DNA from: Bdellovibrionota bacterium
Lineage (GTDB): Bacteria > Bdellovibrionota_G > JALEGL01 > JAGRMV01
Direction: 5' to 3'
Length of the DNA: 64,000 nt
NCBI GenBank assembly: GCA_041391405.1
Contig: JAWKOB010000005.1
Span: 6,297-70,296, forward strand
Shown: one piece after another, positions 1 to 10,468 of the stretch
How positions within the stretch are numbered: position 1 is the stretch's first letter
Layout of the letters: every line of letters starts with the position of its first letter
Notes under the pieces: model-generated
What the model was told of the DNA's origin: nothing
The model's database searches: none
What the model saw: the letters and a program-made list of their open reading frames with translations, nothing else
Made by a program: the position numbers and the translations under genes

Positions 1-1202
1 TCGTATCCTTGTTCATGTTGACTTCCATGATCAAGGCTTCCACAAAAACTTGCGGACGACGTACGTCAAGTTGTTCAATCACAGATTGAAGAGATGCATA
101 ATCGACTGGTGTTGCCGTGACCACCAACGAGTTCGTACCTGTGTCGGCCACAATCGCAATGGCATCTTGGAATAGAGCTCCACCGGCTTGACCGGATGAA
201 CCACCCACCGATGCAGGCACTGCACCTTCAGGAGAACCTGCTCCCGGAGCGGTTGGCGCTTTGACAGCTGTGGCTGATTTGCTGTTTTTCTTCTTCGAAG
301 AAGTTGTTCCGTTGAGAAGATTGGTCAGAAGTTCTGCCATTTCTTCAGCATCGGCGTGTTTCAAATGACGGACGTGAATGCGTCCCTGATTCATTTCATT
401 GGCCACTTGTTTGTCGAGTTCCGCGATCAAATCCAGAACATTGCTCAAACCTTTGCGATTCGCGGTCACGATCAATGAGTTCGTGCGTGTATCCGGAATC
501 ACGGTGGAAACTTCCGCACCACGTTCAATGTTGTACGAGAATGAGTTGTCGGATGAACCTTTCTTGCCGGTATTGTAAATGGTCAAAATCTTTTCGGCGA
601 TATCCGTAGCTTGAGCATATTGCAATGGGACCACTTCCACGGATTTTTCAAAACCTTGTTTGTCGAGCTTTTGAATGATCTTAATAAGTCGACGGATGTT
701 CGAAGCGGTGTCGGTCACGATGAGCGAGTTGGTCGGATCAAGAACCTGTGGTTTGTGAAATCATGAGTTTCAACGCTTTTTGAATTTCGTTGGCGTCGAT
801 GTATTGGATCGGAATGATTCGTGTGATCATTTCATCCCCTTGCGCAACCGTGAATTCTTCCACTGGAATACCGCACTCACGTTTGGCTGCGGATTTTTTC
901 ATGATCTTGTAAACTTTGCCTTCTTCACAGACGGCATAACCCTTCATCGAAATGGCGGAAAGAAACGCTTGATAAGCTTCGTCGACAGAAACAGGTGTTG
1001 GTGACATGATAGAAATTTTTCCGGAGGCGGAAGATTCGATGACGAAATTTTTACCCGTGATCTCCGCGATCGACTTCACCATGTCTTTGATTTCCACATC
1101 GGGAAAATCCATGCTGACCATGGCACTTTGCGCGTAAACATTCGGTACCATCGATGTTACCATCGAGGCAATACGACCACAAGTAAGAATATTGCGTTTC
1201 AT
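1..1202 (-). pseudogene. Second GspD-family secretin (signal peptide, N0-N3 domains); 3' part runs off left edge; frame broken near 740-760 as sequenced
   Basis: ORF 738..1202 has an N0 domain (MDFPDVEIKDMVKSIAEITGKNFVIESS...SPTPVSVDEAYQAFLSAISMKGYAV) that parallels GspD at 3285. Region 1..737 continues in another frame (DPTNSLIVTDTASNIRRLIKIIQKLD, GRIHVRHLKHADAEEMAELL, NSLVVTATPVDYASLQSVIEQLDVRRPQVFVEALIMEV). Confidence 0.8.
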
Positions 1203-1382
1203 ATATAGTTCTCCCGAAGAGACTTTTTCTCCTCACCCACTATAGAGCAAGGCCCATGCCTAAATGTGGATTTTTAAGCTATTGTTTAATTGACTATTTT
1301 TTTGATTTTATGCGTTAATGTATGCCTAAATTACGGCACACAGGGACGCTGAGTTACCCTTATGAAGCCATATATATATGGT

Positions 1383-2235
1383 CAATTATTCGGCTTTGGT
1401 TCACTTTTTTGAATCGCTTCGACCATTCGAACCACGCGAACGGTTTCTTCACGTCGTGCACGCGAAGCATTTTGGCACCACACGATCCACGCAATGGCCG
1501 CAGCTGCAAGACTGCCTTCCAAACGATCCTGAACTTCCAAATTCAAGGTCGTTCCGATGAAAGAATTTGCAGGAAGCGCCGATCAAAATCGGCAATCCCA
1601 GCGCGGTAGAAACTCATCCAACCGATTCAGAAGCGCCAAATTGTACCACGCTTTTCCCGAATCCGATTCCTGGATCAAGCACCACATTGCTTTTCAATCG
1701 GCAGTCGTTGAGTCTTTTCTTGAAAAAATCGATGATGTCGGTGACCACATCATCGTAATGATAATCTTCCTGCATGGTCTGCGGATTGCCAAACATATGC
1801 ATGATGATCACAGGTATCTGATGCGTGACCACGGCCAGAACCATCGCAGGATTTCGAAGACCCGTGATGTCGTTGGCGATTTGAATCAGACCATTTTTGC
1901 AAGCTTCGACGACAATTTCAGGCTTGGTTGAATCCAATGATACTGGAAGCGGAAAGTTTTCCGTTTTGAGCTTTTCCAGAACGGGGAAAAGACGTTTTTC
2001 TTTCCTGATCCAGAGAGATTTGAGGCGCGCCAGGACGAGAACTTTCTGCCCCGATATCGATCAAGTCTGCCCCTTCATCAACCATGGACCAAGCTCGATC
2101 CACCGCTTGGGATGGATCAACAAAATCTCCGCCGTCGTAGAATGAATCTGGGGTGATGTTGAGAACCCCCATAATTCTGCATTTATGCAGAGACAGCGAA
2201 CCCGTTTTCCAGGTGAGTACGAATTTATCCGACAT
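1383..2235 (-). pseudogene. folP: Dihydropteroate synthase, 2-3 frame breaks as sequenced
   Basis: The N-terminus has RIMGVLNITPDSFYDGG and ADLIDIGAESSRPGA. The middle piece has VLDPGIGFGKS. The C-terminal piece in a third frame has SFIG...RLEGSLAAAAIAW...RVHDVKETV, with stop at 1383-1385. Confidence 0.85.
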
Positions 2236-2332
2236 TGGCGGCTATTTTGTACGAAACGGTAAAAAAAACCAGCGCTATTTTACACCCCGAAATAATGGTA
2301 AAATCCAATGATTTCCCTATAATATAGACCAC

Positions 2333-3274
2333 ATGAACGCAGAGTACATCGAGTACGTCGTCGAGAGACAACAGAAAATCGCCAACATGGTTGGAACGAT
2401 TTTGGTGGCGTGGATTTTATCCGCTCTGGTGTGCAGTTTCATTGGCTTGTTTCTTCCGTCGCCTTCACCGATTGCGGCTGCCCGTGCATCCGTAGACTCT
2501 TCCACTGCCGCTCCAGCCTTCGATCCGATGCAGCGAAACATCGCATTCTACATGCCCATCTGCGAACGGAATCTGTTTGATTCCGCCAAACAATCTTCGT
2601 GCGACAATCGCCCGGCATTTTCACCCATCCAAGACGAATCTCCGCAATTTGATTCAGATGCTGATCCAGTGAAAAGCTCCATCAATGCGAAACTACTGGG
2701 CACGATGGTCTCCACTAATGATAAATTCTCCTTTGCGACGGTCAGCGAAGGCGGAAAGAAAGAACCGGAAACCTACAAAATCGGCGATTTGATCAGTGGT
2801 ATCGCGAAGATTTATGCGATCGAACGCAACCGCGTATACTTCACCAATGCCGGAAGAAAAGAATATCTCGAAGTCGATCGCCTTCCGAATATCTACCGAA
2901 CGCCGCAACCTTCGACGGCAGCTCCAGCAGCATCTTCCGGAGTGAAAGTCGACGGCAACAAAGTCACCATCTCCAAAGCAAAAGTCGATTCCACGCTGCA
3001 AGATCTCAATCAGGTCATTCAGCAAGCCCGCATGGTACCCAACTACGAAAACGGTCAAGTGGATGGATTCAAGGTATTCGGCATTCGAAGCGGAAGCATT
3101 TTTCAAGACTTGGGATTGCAAAACGGCGATGTAATCAACAACATCAACGGCACGCAGATCGACAGCTTGGAAAAAGCATTGCCGATGTTACAGCTTTTGA
3201 AAACGGAAAGTTCCTATACGATCGACATCACTCGTAAAGGTGCTAAGCAAACGATGAGTATTAATATTCAGTAG
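2333..3274 (+). CDS. gspC: Type II secretion system protein C (TM + HR + PDZ)
   Basis: N-terminal TM (MVGTILVAWILSALVCSFIGLFL), HR-like block (YKIGDLISGIAKIYAIERNRVYFTNAGRKEYLEV) and C-terminal PDZ (VDGFKVFGIRSGSIFQDLGLQNGDVINNINGTQI). It is the first gene of the gsp operon. Confidence 0.8.
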   Translation: MNAEYIEYVVERQQKIANMVGTILVAWILSALVCSFIGLFLPSPSPIAAARASVDSSTAAPAFDPMQRNIAFYMPICERNLFDSAKQSSCDNRPAFSPIQDESPQFDSDADPVKSSINAKLLGTMVSTNDKFSFATVSEGGKKEPETYKIGDLISGIAKIYAIERNRVYFTNAGRKEYLEVDRLPNIYRTPQPSTAAPAASSGVKVDGNKVTISKAKVDSTLQDLNQVIQQARMVPNYENGQVDGFKVFGIRSGSIFQDLGLQNGDVINNINGTQIDSLEKALPMLQLLKTESSYTIDITRKGAKQTMSINIQ

Positions 3275-3284
3275 GGAGAGAGAA

Positions 3285-5540
3285 ATGAAAAATTGGGTCA
3301 TTCGTTTTGTATTGGTTTGTGCGGTTCCATTTGCGGGATTTGCGCAAAATCAAACTCCACCTGATGCCAACACCAATATGCCTGTTCCTCCAGCCCCGGA
3401 AGTCACAGAGCAGCCTGCTTCGACCCAAGAAACGGTGGCCATCACACCTTCCACACCTCCAAGTGAGCCAACGCCAAGCAAACGCTCAGCCAAAAAATCC
3501 AATCAACCGAACATTGTCGACGATCGCATCAAGATGAACGACAAAGGCAAAATCCAACTCGATTTCGTGAATGCCGAAATCTCTGATCTTGCGCAATCCA
3601 TCGGTGAATTGACCAAAAGAAACTTCATCATCGACGACAAAGTCCGCGGTACCATCACGATCATTTCCCCTCAACCCGTCACTATCGACGAAGCATACTC
3701 CGCTTTCATTTCCGCTCTCGAAGTCAAAGGCTTCGCGGTGACCAAAGTCGGTCAAATGCACAAGATCGTTCCGCTTCGTGAGATGAACAAACTTCCGATT
3801 CCTACCGATGTTTCTGGAACCGCAGGCGGAGATGATGCCTTCATCACTCGGCTGATTCCTGTTCAAAATACCCGTTCATCTGAAATCGCCAAGACCTTGA
3901 AAAACCTGCTCACCAAAAACGGCGACATGATTTCTTATGATCCAACCAACACCCTGATCATCACAGATTCCGTTTCCAATCTTCGCCGCTTGGTGCGCAT
4001 CATTGAACGCCTGGACCAGTCTGGTCTTGAAGCCAACATCAACATCCTTAAACTTCAGTTTGCTCCTGCCGTGGATACGGCTGAGAAAGTGAAAAAACTG
4101 TTCAACATGGATGGCCCTGCCGGCGCACCGGCTGCTGGAGGTGAAGCCTCTTTGCAATACGCTTCCAAAATCATTCCTGACGAACGAACCAATTCGCTCA
4201 TCGTGGTTTCCAGCCAAGAGGCGTTTGAAAAAATTTCGGCCTTCGTCAGACGTTTGGACTCAGCGATTGCTGATGCCGCAAGCTCGGGTCGCATTCATGT
4301 GCATTATCTGAACTATGCCGATTCCAAAGAACTGGCAACCACACTGGCTGGCGTATCCGCATCAGCTTCTAAACGGAACTCAAGTAGCAATCAAGGCCCC
4401 ATCAATCGCAGAAATCAAACTCCACCTGCGCAACCGGCTGAAGGCGCTTCAGCTCCAGTGGTGGCGGGTCTGTTGGGTGGCGATGTTGAAATCGTGGCAG
4501 ATGAGCAAACCAACGCGCTCATCATCACTGCTTCGGCCAACGATTATCAATCGCTGATCCCTGTGATCAACAAACTCGACAAACGCATTCCACAAGCCTT
4601 CGTCGAAGCGATGATCCTTGAGGTCGATGTCGACAAAATCACCGATGTCGGCTTCTCGGCAAACCTTGGCGCAGAATATGGCAGCAATCAACAGGTAGAT
4701 GTATTTGGTGCCACCACATTCGGCAGCTTGAGTTCGATTTTACTTCCGAACTCTACTTCCAGCTTGCAAGGCTTGGTGGTTGGTGCTCGCGCTCAAACGA
4801 TCGAGGTTCCTGTCGCAGGCGGCACATTGAACATTCCAGTTTTCGGTGGTTTGTTCAAAGCGCTTCAGACCAGCGGTATCGTGAATGTACTTTCAACACC
4901 GAACATCCTCACGCGCGACAACAAAGAAGCTGAAATCGTGGTCGGTTCAAGGGTTCCATTCATCTCGACTCAAGGTCGTGACATCAACAACCAACCGATC
5001 AATCAAATTCAACGTGAAGACGTTGCCTTGACCTTGCGCGTGAAACCGCAGATCAACTCTTCGGATGAATTGACAATGGATATCTTCCAGGAAATCCAAG
5101 ACATCATTTCCAACTCCGACATCTACGGTCCAACCACATCGAAACGTTCGGCCAAAACAACCGTGCTTGTGAAAAATGGACAAACCGTGACCATCGGCGG
5201 ATTGATCAGTGATCGCGTATCACAATCCAAAAGCAAAGTTCCCCTTTTGGGCGACATTCCACTGATTGGATTCCTGTTCAGAAGTTCCAACAACCAGAAA
5301 AAAAGAATGAGTCTGATGATGATGCTCACACCGAACATCATTCGTTCTCCGGAAGATCTTGAAGCTGTTTCATTGCAGAAGAACTTTGAGCGTAAGGAGT
5401 TCATCCGCAAAAACCGTGCGGAAGAACACCCTGCGATCAACAACTACGGCTTGAACAGGGAACTCAAGGCACCGGTGACCCCTACGCCGCCAGATAGCCC
5501 AACTTCAGGCTTCCTGGGTGACGAACCGAAAAAGCAGTAA
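3285..5540 (+). CDS. gspD: Type II secretion system secretin GspD
   Basis: 751 aa with a signal peptide, N0 domain (LDFVNAEISDLAQSIGELTKRNFIIDDKV), repeated N domains and a secretin core (VLSTPNILTRDNKEAEIVVGSRVPF, TVLVKNGQTVTIGGLI, KVPLLGDIPLIGFLFR). Confidence 0.95.
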   Translation: MKNWVIRFVLVCAVPFAGFAQNQTPPDANTNMPVPPAPEVTEQPASTQETVAITPSTPPSEPTPSKRSAKKSNQPNIVDDRIKMNDKGKIQLDFVNAEISDLAQSIGELTKRNFIIDDKVRGTITIISPQPVTIDEAYSAFISALEVKGFAVTKVGQMHKIVPLREMNKLPIPTDVSGTAGGDDAFITRLIPVQNTRSSEIAKTLKNLLTKNGDMISYDPTNTLIITDSVSNLRRLVRIIERLDQSGLEANINILKLQFAPAVDTAEKVKKLFNMDGPAGAPAAGGEASLQYASKIIPDERTNSLIVVSSQEAFEKISAFVRRLDSAIADAASSGRIHVHYLNYADSKELATTLAGVSASASKRNSSSNQGPINRRNQTPPAQPAEGASAPVVAGLLGGDVEIVADEQTNALIITASANDYQSLIPVINKLDKRIPQAFVEAMILEVDVDKITDVGFSANLGAEYGSNQQVDVFGATTFGSLSSILLPNSTSSLQGLVVGARAQTIEVPVAGGTLNIPVFGGLFKALQTSGIVNVLSTPNILTRDNKEAEIVVGSRVPFISTQGRDINNQPINQIQREDVALTLRVKPQINSSDELTMDIFQEIQDIISNSDIYGPTTSKRSAKTTVLVKNGQTVTIGGLISDRVSQSKSKVPLLGDIPLIGFLFRSSNNQKKRMSLMMMLTPNIIRSPEDLEAVSLQKNFERKEFIRKNRAEEHPAINNYGLNRELKAPVTPTPPDSPTSGFLGDEPKKQ

Positions 5541-5620
5541 GCGGCGCGTAAAAAGCCTGTAAAAACAAGCTATTCGTAGGAGTAGAATTCCTGTGGATTG
5601 TGTATAATATATAGAGCGCC

Positions 5621-7530
5621 ATGAAAAATAACCCTTGGGATGATGACGAAAATCCGGAAGCGACGATCGCAATCGATCGCGACGAAGTGACCAAAACGCG
5701 AAGAGAGAAAGACTCGACCGTTCGCGCCGACATCAAAACCAACGGATCTTCTGCGTCCAATATCAAACAACCTTCGAAAGAAAAAATCGAAGACACGTTC
5801 CGCGGATTTTCCACCAAGCTTGGTGAAATCCTTCTGACAATCAACCCTGCCTTGAGTCGCGACCAGATCAATCAAGTCGCATCAATGAGCGGCGAAAGAA
5901 CCAGCTCGGAAAACATCGGGGACGTGCTGCTGAAAAAGAAACTCATCACTGAAGATGAACTTGTCAAAGCCTTGAGCATGCAGTCTGGAATTCCACTTGC
6001 AAAAAAACTTGAAGGTTTGGATATCGATTCTGAATTGACCGATAAAATCTCGATTGGCTTTGCAAAAAAACATCTCGTTCTTCCTTATGAACGACAAGGC
6101 AACACTGTTTACGTCGCCATTTCCAATCCCAATGATATCGCCATCATTGACGATCTGCGTATCCTTCTGCAATCCAACATCCGCGCAACGCTGGCCAAAA
6201 AAAATGACATCATGAATGGAATTCACCGCGCGTACGAACCTACCGCCGCCCAAGGTGATCCTGAACTGCACCAAGATCTGATGGATGACCTCGACTCTCA
6301 AGATCTCACAAGTGTGGATTTGAACGAAACTCAAGATCTTCTTGATAGTGATGACGAAGCGCCAATCATTCGACTCGTCAATACACTTTTGTTCCGCGCC
6401 ATCAAAGAGAAAGCCAGTGATATTCATATCGAACCGGCTGAAAAAGACATTACCGTACGCTTCCGCATCGATGGCATTCTGTATGAAATCATGCGTCCAC
6501 CAAAACGTGCGCAAGCCTCCATCACATCTCGTGTAAAAATTATGGCAGGCATCGATATCGCAGAGCGACGCATTCCGCAAGATGGTCGCATCAAAACCCG
6601 TCTGGGTGGCAAAAACATCGACATTCGTGTCTCCACACTGCCAACGTCATACGGTGAACGCATCGTGATGCGTATTCTGGACACGGCAAGTGTCGTCCTG
6701 GACCTTGAAGATCTTGGATTTGACGAACATCAACTCGCACTCATCAAAAAGATTACTCAACTTTCCCATGGAATTTTTCTGGTCACCGGTCCAACTGGTT
6801 CCGGTAAAACATCCACGCTCTATGCGTGTCTCACCAGCATCAACACACCAGACTTGAACATCATCACCGTTGAAAATCCGGTGGAAATTCAGTTGGCTGG
6901 ATTGGGGCAGATCCAAGTGGATGAGAAAGTGGGACTTACGTTTGCCGAAGGTTTGCGCTCCATCCTGCGTCAGGATCCGGATGTGATCATGGTGGGTGAG
7001 ATTCGTGATAAAGAAACGGCGGAAATCGCCATTCAAGCATCCTTGACGGGTCACTTTGTATTCTCCACCATCCACACCAACGACGCCGCAAGCTCGATCA
7101 CGCGTCTTGTGGACATGGGCGTAGAACCATTTTTGATTTCATCATCCCTGGTTGCAGCTATGGCACAACGTTTGGTCCGTCGACTTTGCCCAGTTTGCAA
7201 AGAGGCCTACATGCCAACACCTCAAGAGCTCAAAGAACTCAACATCACGCCTGAAAAAATGAAAGGCAAAACCATTTATAAAGCCAAAGGCTGTCCATCT
7301 TGCGCAAAAACGGGATACAAAGGACGTATGGCCATTTATGAAATCATGCCAGTAGACGACACCATTCGAAGCATGATTCTAAAAAACTTGGACGCTGGCA
7401 CCATTAAAAAAGCCGCGTCCCAAAACGGATTAACCACCCTGCGTGAAGACGGCGCAAAAAAATTCTCAATGGCCTCACTTCAATCGAAGAAGTTCTAAGA
7501 GCAACCCAAGAAGACACGTTGGTGGCGTAA
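5621..7530 (+). CDS. gspE: Type II secretion ATPase GspE (C-terminal 10 aa displaced by a homopolymer frame break)
   Basis: Walker A GPTGSGKTST, GspE N-domain (LLKKKLITEDELVKALSMQSGIP) and tetracysteine CPVC...CPSC. The ORF stops at 7498. Adding one A to the A7 run at 7456-7462 gives the canonical tail KKILNGLTSIEEVLRAT with a stop at 7528-7530. Confidence 0.95.
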
Positions 7531-7533
7531 CCG

Positions 7534-8748
7534 ATGCCAGTATTTGAATACAAAGGTGTAAACGCCAAGGGCAAAGCACTCAAAGATTTCATCGATGCTC
7601 CAAACATAAGCGAAGCGCGCACACGCCTGCGAAGAGAAAATATTTTCGTCACTGAAATCGTCGAATCCCTCAAAGCTCAAGCTGCTTCCAGCTCTCAAAA
7701 AATTTCCTTTTCCAGCGGCGTTTCTGTCCAAGATCTTTCCCTGATGACACAGCAACTTGGAACCCTTCTATCTTCGGGTGTCCGCCTGGTGGACTCCTTG
7801 AGTGCGCTTGTCGATCAGGTAGAAAGCATCAAACTCAAACAAGCACTTTCCGACATTCGCGGACGTGTGAACGAAGGTTCGTCCCTGGCTGATGCCATGA
7901 GACAGCATCCGAAAATTTTCAACAATCTCTACACCAATATGATCCGTGCTGGTGAAGCTTCGGGTGCATTGGAAGCGGTGTTGGACAGACTTTCCACGTT
8001 CACTGAAAATCAAAACAAACTCAAAGGCAAGATCGTGTCGGCCATGGCCTACCCGATTTTCATGATCATTATGGGTATCGCCTCGGTCATCATCATCATG
8101 ACAGTGGTGATGCCAAAGCTGATTGACTTGTATTCAGGACTGAACCAAGCACTTCCACTTCCTACGCGTATTCTCATCTGGTGCAGCAACTTCATGACGT
8201 CGTATTGGTATATTTTGCTCGCGCTTGCCGGCATCGCGGGATGGATGATCGTCAAATATCTTCGAACCGACAAAGGCGCTTACTGGCTCGACAACAAACT
8301 TCTGAATCTGCCACTGTTCGGTCCACTTTTCAGGATGGTGGCGGTTGCGCGCTTTGCCAACACGCTATCCACGCTTCTGGCTTCGGGTGTGAAAATTCTA
8401 CCCGCCATGGATATCGTAAAAAAAGTTGTGGATAATCGAGTCCTGGCTGAAGTCATTGAAAATGCGAGAGAGAACGTTTCTGAAGGTGCCACAATCGCTG
8501 AGCCACTCAAGAAATCAAAACAGTTTCCGCCTCTGGTGACCCACATGATCGCTGTCGGAGAAAAATCCGGGGAACTCGAAGCGATGCTTGAGAAAGTGGC
8601 GCAAACCTACAATCAACAAGTGGAAACCAAAGTCGAAACGCTAACTTCCCTGATCGAACCTCTTATGATATTACTCATGGTCGGCGTGATCGGGTCGATC
8701 ATCATGAGCGTGATGCTGCCGATCTTCCAAATGAGCAACGCACTATAG
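7534..8748 (+). CDS. gspF: Type II secretion inner-membrane platform protein GspF
   Basis: 404 aa with two T2SS-F repeats and three hydrophobic segments (e.g. AMAYPIFMIIMGIASVIIIMTVVMP; GEKSGELEAMLEKVAQTY). Positioned after gspE. Confidence 0.95.
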   Translation: MPVFEYKGVNAKGKALKDFIDAPNISEARTRLRRENIFVTEIVESLKAQAASSSQKISFSSGVSVQDLSLMTQQLGTLLSSGVRLVDSLSALVDQVESIKLKQALSDIRGRVNEGSSLADAMRQHPKIFNNLYTNMIRAGEASGALEAVLDRLSTFTENQNKLKGKIVSAMAYPIFMIIMGIASVIIIMTVVMPKLIDLYSGLNQALPLPTRILIWCSNFMTSYWYILLALAGIAGWMIVKYLRTDKGAYWLDNKLLNLPLFGPLFRMVAVARFANTLSTLLASGVKILPAMDIVKKVVDNRVLAEVIENARENVSEGATIAEPLKKSKQFPPLVTHMIAVGEKSGELEAMLEKVAQTYNQQVETKVETLTSLIEPLMILLMVGVIGSIIMSVMLPIFQMSNAL

Positions 8749-8788
8749 GAGTCACTATTGTTTTGGCGAGCCCGTCGGCCCGCATGAT

Positions 8789-9250
8789 ATGGAGAATAAA
8801 ATGTTGAGAAAAATGAACAAAAAAAATACCGCCTTCACCATCGTGGAAATTCTGGCTGTAACCCTTTTGATGGCTGGATTGATCGGTATCGCTGCCGTGG
8901 GCATCACATCCAACGTGAAAAAAGGAAAAATCCGTACTGCAAAAGCTCAAATCGGAACCTTTGAACAGGCGATTTCACTTTTCGAACTTGAATGCAGTTT
9001 CTACCCTTCTTCCCTTGAAGACTTGATCCAGAACAATTCCGGTCAAAAATGCAAAGACTTTCCAAAAGAAGGATTTCTTCGCAAACAAGAAATTCCGCTC
9101 GATCCGTGGAACAACGACTACAACTACAAAAAACCTGGCACGCACAACTCTTCAAGCTTTGACCTTTGGTCCAACGGTCCAAATGGTGAAGAAGGCGACG
9201 CAGATGACGTCACCAACTGGAAAAGCGAAGACGAAGAAACCGCTGAGTAA
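8789..9250 (+). CDS. gspG: Major pseudopilin GspG (true start probably ATG 8801)
   Basis: Prepilin leader plus hydrophobic helix (KKNTAFTIVEILAVTLLMAGLIGIAAVG) and GspG core (KAQIGTFEQAISLFELE, LDPWNNDYNYKKPG, FDLWSNGPNG). GGAGA lies 5 nt before ATG 8801. Confidence 0.9.
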   Translation: MENKMLRKMNKKNTAFTIVEILAVTLLMAGLIGIAAVGITSNVKKGKIRTAKAQIGTFEQAISLFELECSFYPSSLEDLIQNNSGQKCKDFPKEGFLRKQEIPLDPWNNDYNYKKPGTHNSSSFDLWSNGPNGEEGDADDVTNWKSEDEETAE

Positions 9251-9258
9251 TTATCCTT

Positions 9259-9903
9259 GTGGTAGTGAATCAAAGAAATTCACGTAACGCCTTCACATTA
9301 ATCGAACTTATTTTCGTGATCATTTTGGTCGCATTGATCACGACTGTCGCGATCCCGAAAGTTTCATCGACCCTGGGTTTGAACATCAAATCCAGCGTGC
9401 TTCGTGTTACTGGCTTTCTGCAAGCTGGCTATCAGCAAGCCATTCTGACGCACAAAAAAATCCGTGTGACCTTCAACATGGATACGGGTCAATACTGGGC
9501 CGAAAACATGGCCCCTGCTGAATCAATTCCATTGATCAATGAAACCACGAATTTGGACGAAGTTCTCAATACCTTTCGCAAACGCGAAGAAGAGGAAAAT
9601 TCCAACGATCCCGAAGAAATCAAGAAGCGCGAAGAGGCAAAGTTCCAAAAGATTGAATCGGTGGTGCTCAAATCCGGTCAAATCGAGCCTCCGCTGAAAA
9701 TCAAATCGATCATTTTCCCTGGCGAAGACAAGACAGAAACCCAAGGGACAGTTTCATTTTTCATTTCCGGATCTGGAATCAACGAAGAAGTCATCCTGTA
9801 CATCGCCCATGGCGACAGCGACAACGTTTACAGCATCATCTTCCCACCGATGACCGGCAAAGCCAAGATCGAGAAGGGAGAGTATGTCGCTTCCAAAAAA
9901 TAA
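9259..9903 (+). CDS. gspH: Minor pseudopilin, GspH-like
   Basis: Prepilin-type N-terminus RNAFTLIELIFVIILVALITTVAIP. Assigned by position directly after gspG. Confidence 0.6.
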   Translation: MVVNQRNSRNAFTLIELIFVIILVALITTVAIPKVSSTLGLNIKSSVLRVTGFLQAGYQQAILTHKKIRVTFNMDTGQYWAENMAPAESIPLINETTNLDEVLNTFRKREEEENSNDPEEIKKREEAKFQKIESVVLKSGQIEPPLKIKSIIFPGEDKTETQGTVSFFISGSGINEEVILYIAHGDSDNVYSIIFPPMTGKAKIEKGEYVASKK

Positions 9904-10468
9904 ACTCTCCGGCTTTACGATGGTTGAAGTGATGGCTGCAATGCTCATCCTTGCCATTGTGTGCGTCGCATATTCTGAAAATCAAGTCAGTGCGATCCAG
10001 CTGGTGAAAGCGACACGCTTTCGTGACACTGCTGTGATGCTGGCTCAGCAGCGTATGGCCGAAGTGAACTTTCTGGTTCAAAGCCGTGGTGTGGAGGAAA
10101 TCAAGGAAGATGAACGTGGTGACTTCGATTCCGAGAAATTCGAGGGATACACATGGCACATCACCAAGAAAATGGTTCCTGCTCCTGACTTTTCTGCCCT
10201 GCTTTCTGCCGCAGGCGCAGGTGACTCCGAAGAATCCGGTGGTCAACAACAACCAACCGATCTTTCAGGTCCAATGAAGATGATCATGGATGCCTGGGGC
10301 AAATCCATCATGGAAGTCAAACTTGAAGTCTTGTGGAAAGAAGGAGAGCAGGAAAAAAGTTATTCGATCATGACGCACTTCATGGCATCGAATGCCAATG
10401 CACAAATTCAGGGCGTGATCGGTGGATTGGCCGGAGCGGCAGCTCAGGCTGGTGGGGGCGCACAGTGA
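9884..10468 (+). CDS. gspI: Minor pseudopilin, GspI-like
   Basis: N-terminus LSGFTMVEVMAAMLILAIV. Assigned by operon position. Confidence 0.6.
   Translation: MSLPKNKLSGFTMVEVMAAMLILAIVCVAYSENQVSAIQLVKATRFRDTAVMLAQQRMAEVNFLVQSRGVEEIKEDERGDFDSEKFEGYTWHITKKMVPAPDFSALLSAAGAGDSEESGGQQQPTDLSGPMKMIMDAWGKSIMEVKLEVLWKEGEQEKSYSIMTHFMASNANAQIQGVIGGLAGAAAQAGGGAQ

Noticed and set aside
5882-6580. Long antisense or overlapping ORFs in the track, e.g. 232 aa opposite gspE, 233 aa at 18755-19456 opposite ctp, 217 aa at 11102-11755, 180 aa at 36005-36547 and 176 aa at 39091-39621.
   Set aside because: They lie entirely inside strongly supported genes on the other strand. They are Arg/Cys/His-rich with no recognisable motifs or ribosome-binding sites. 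I treat them as shadow ORFs.
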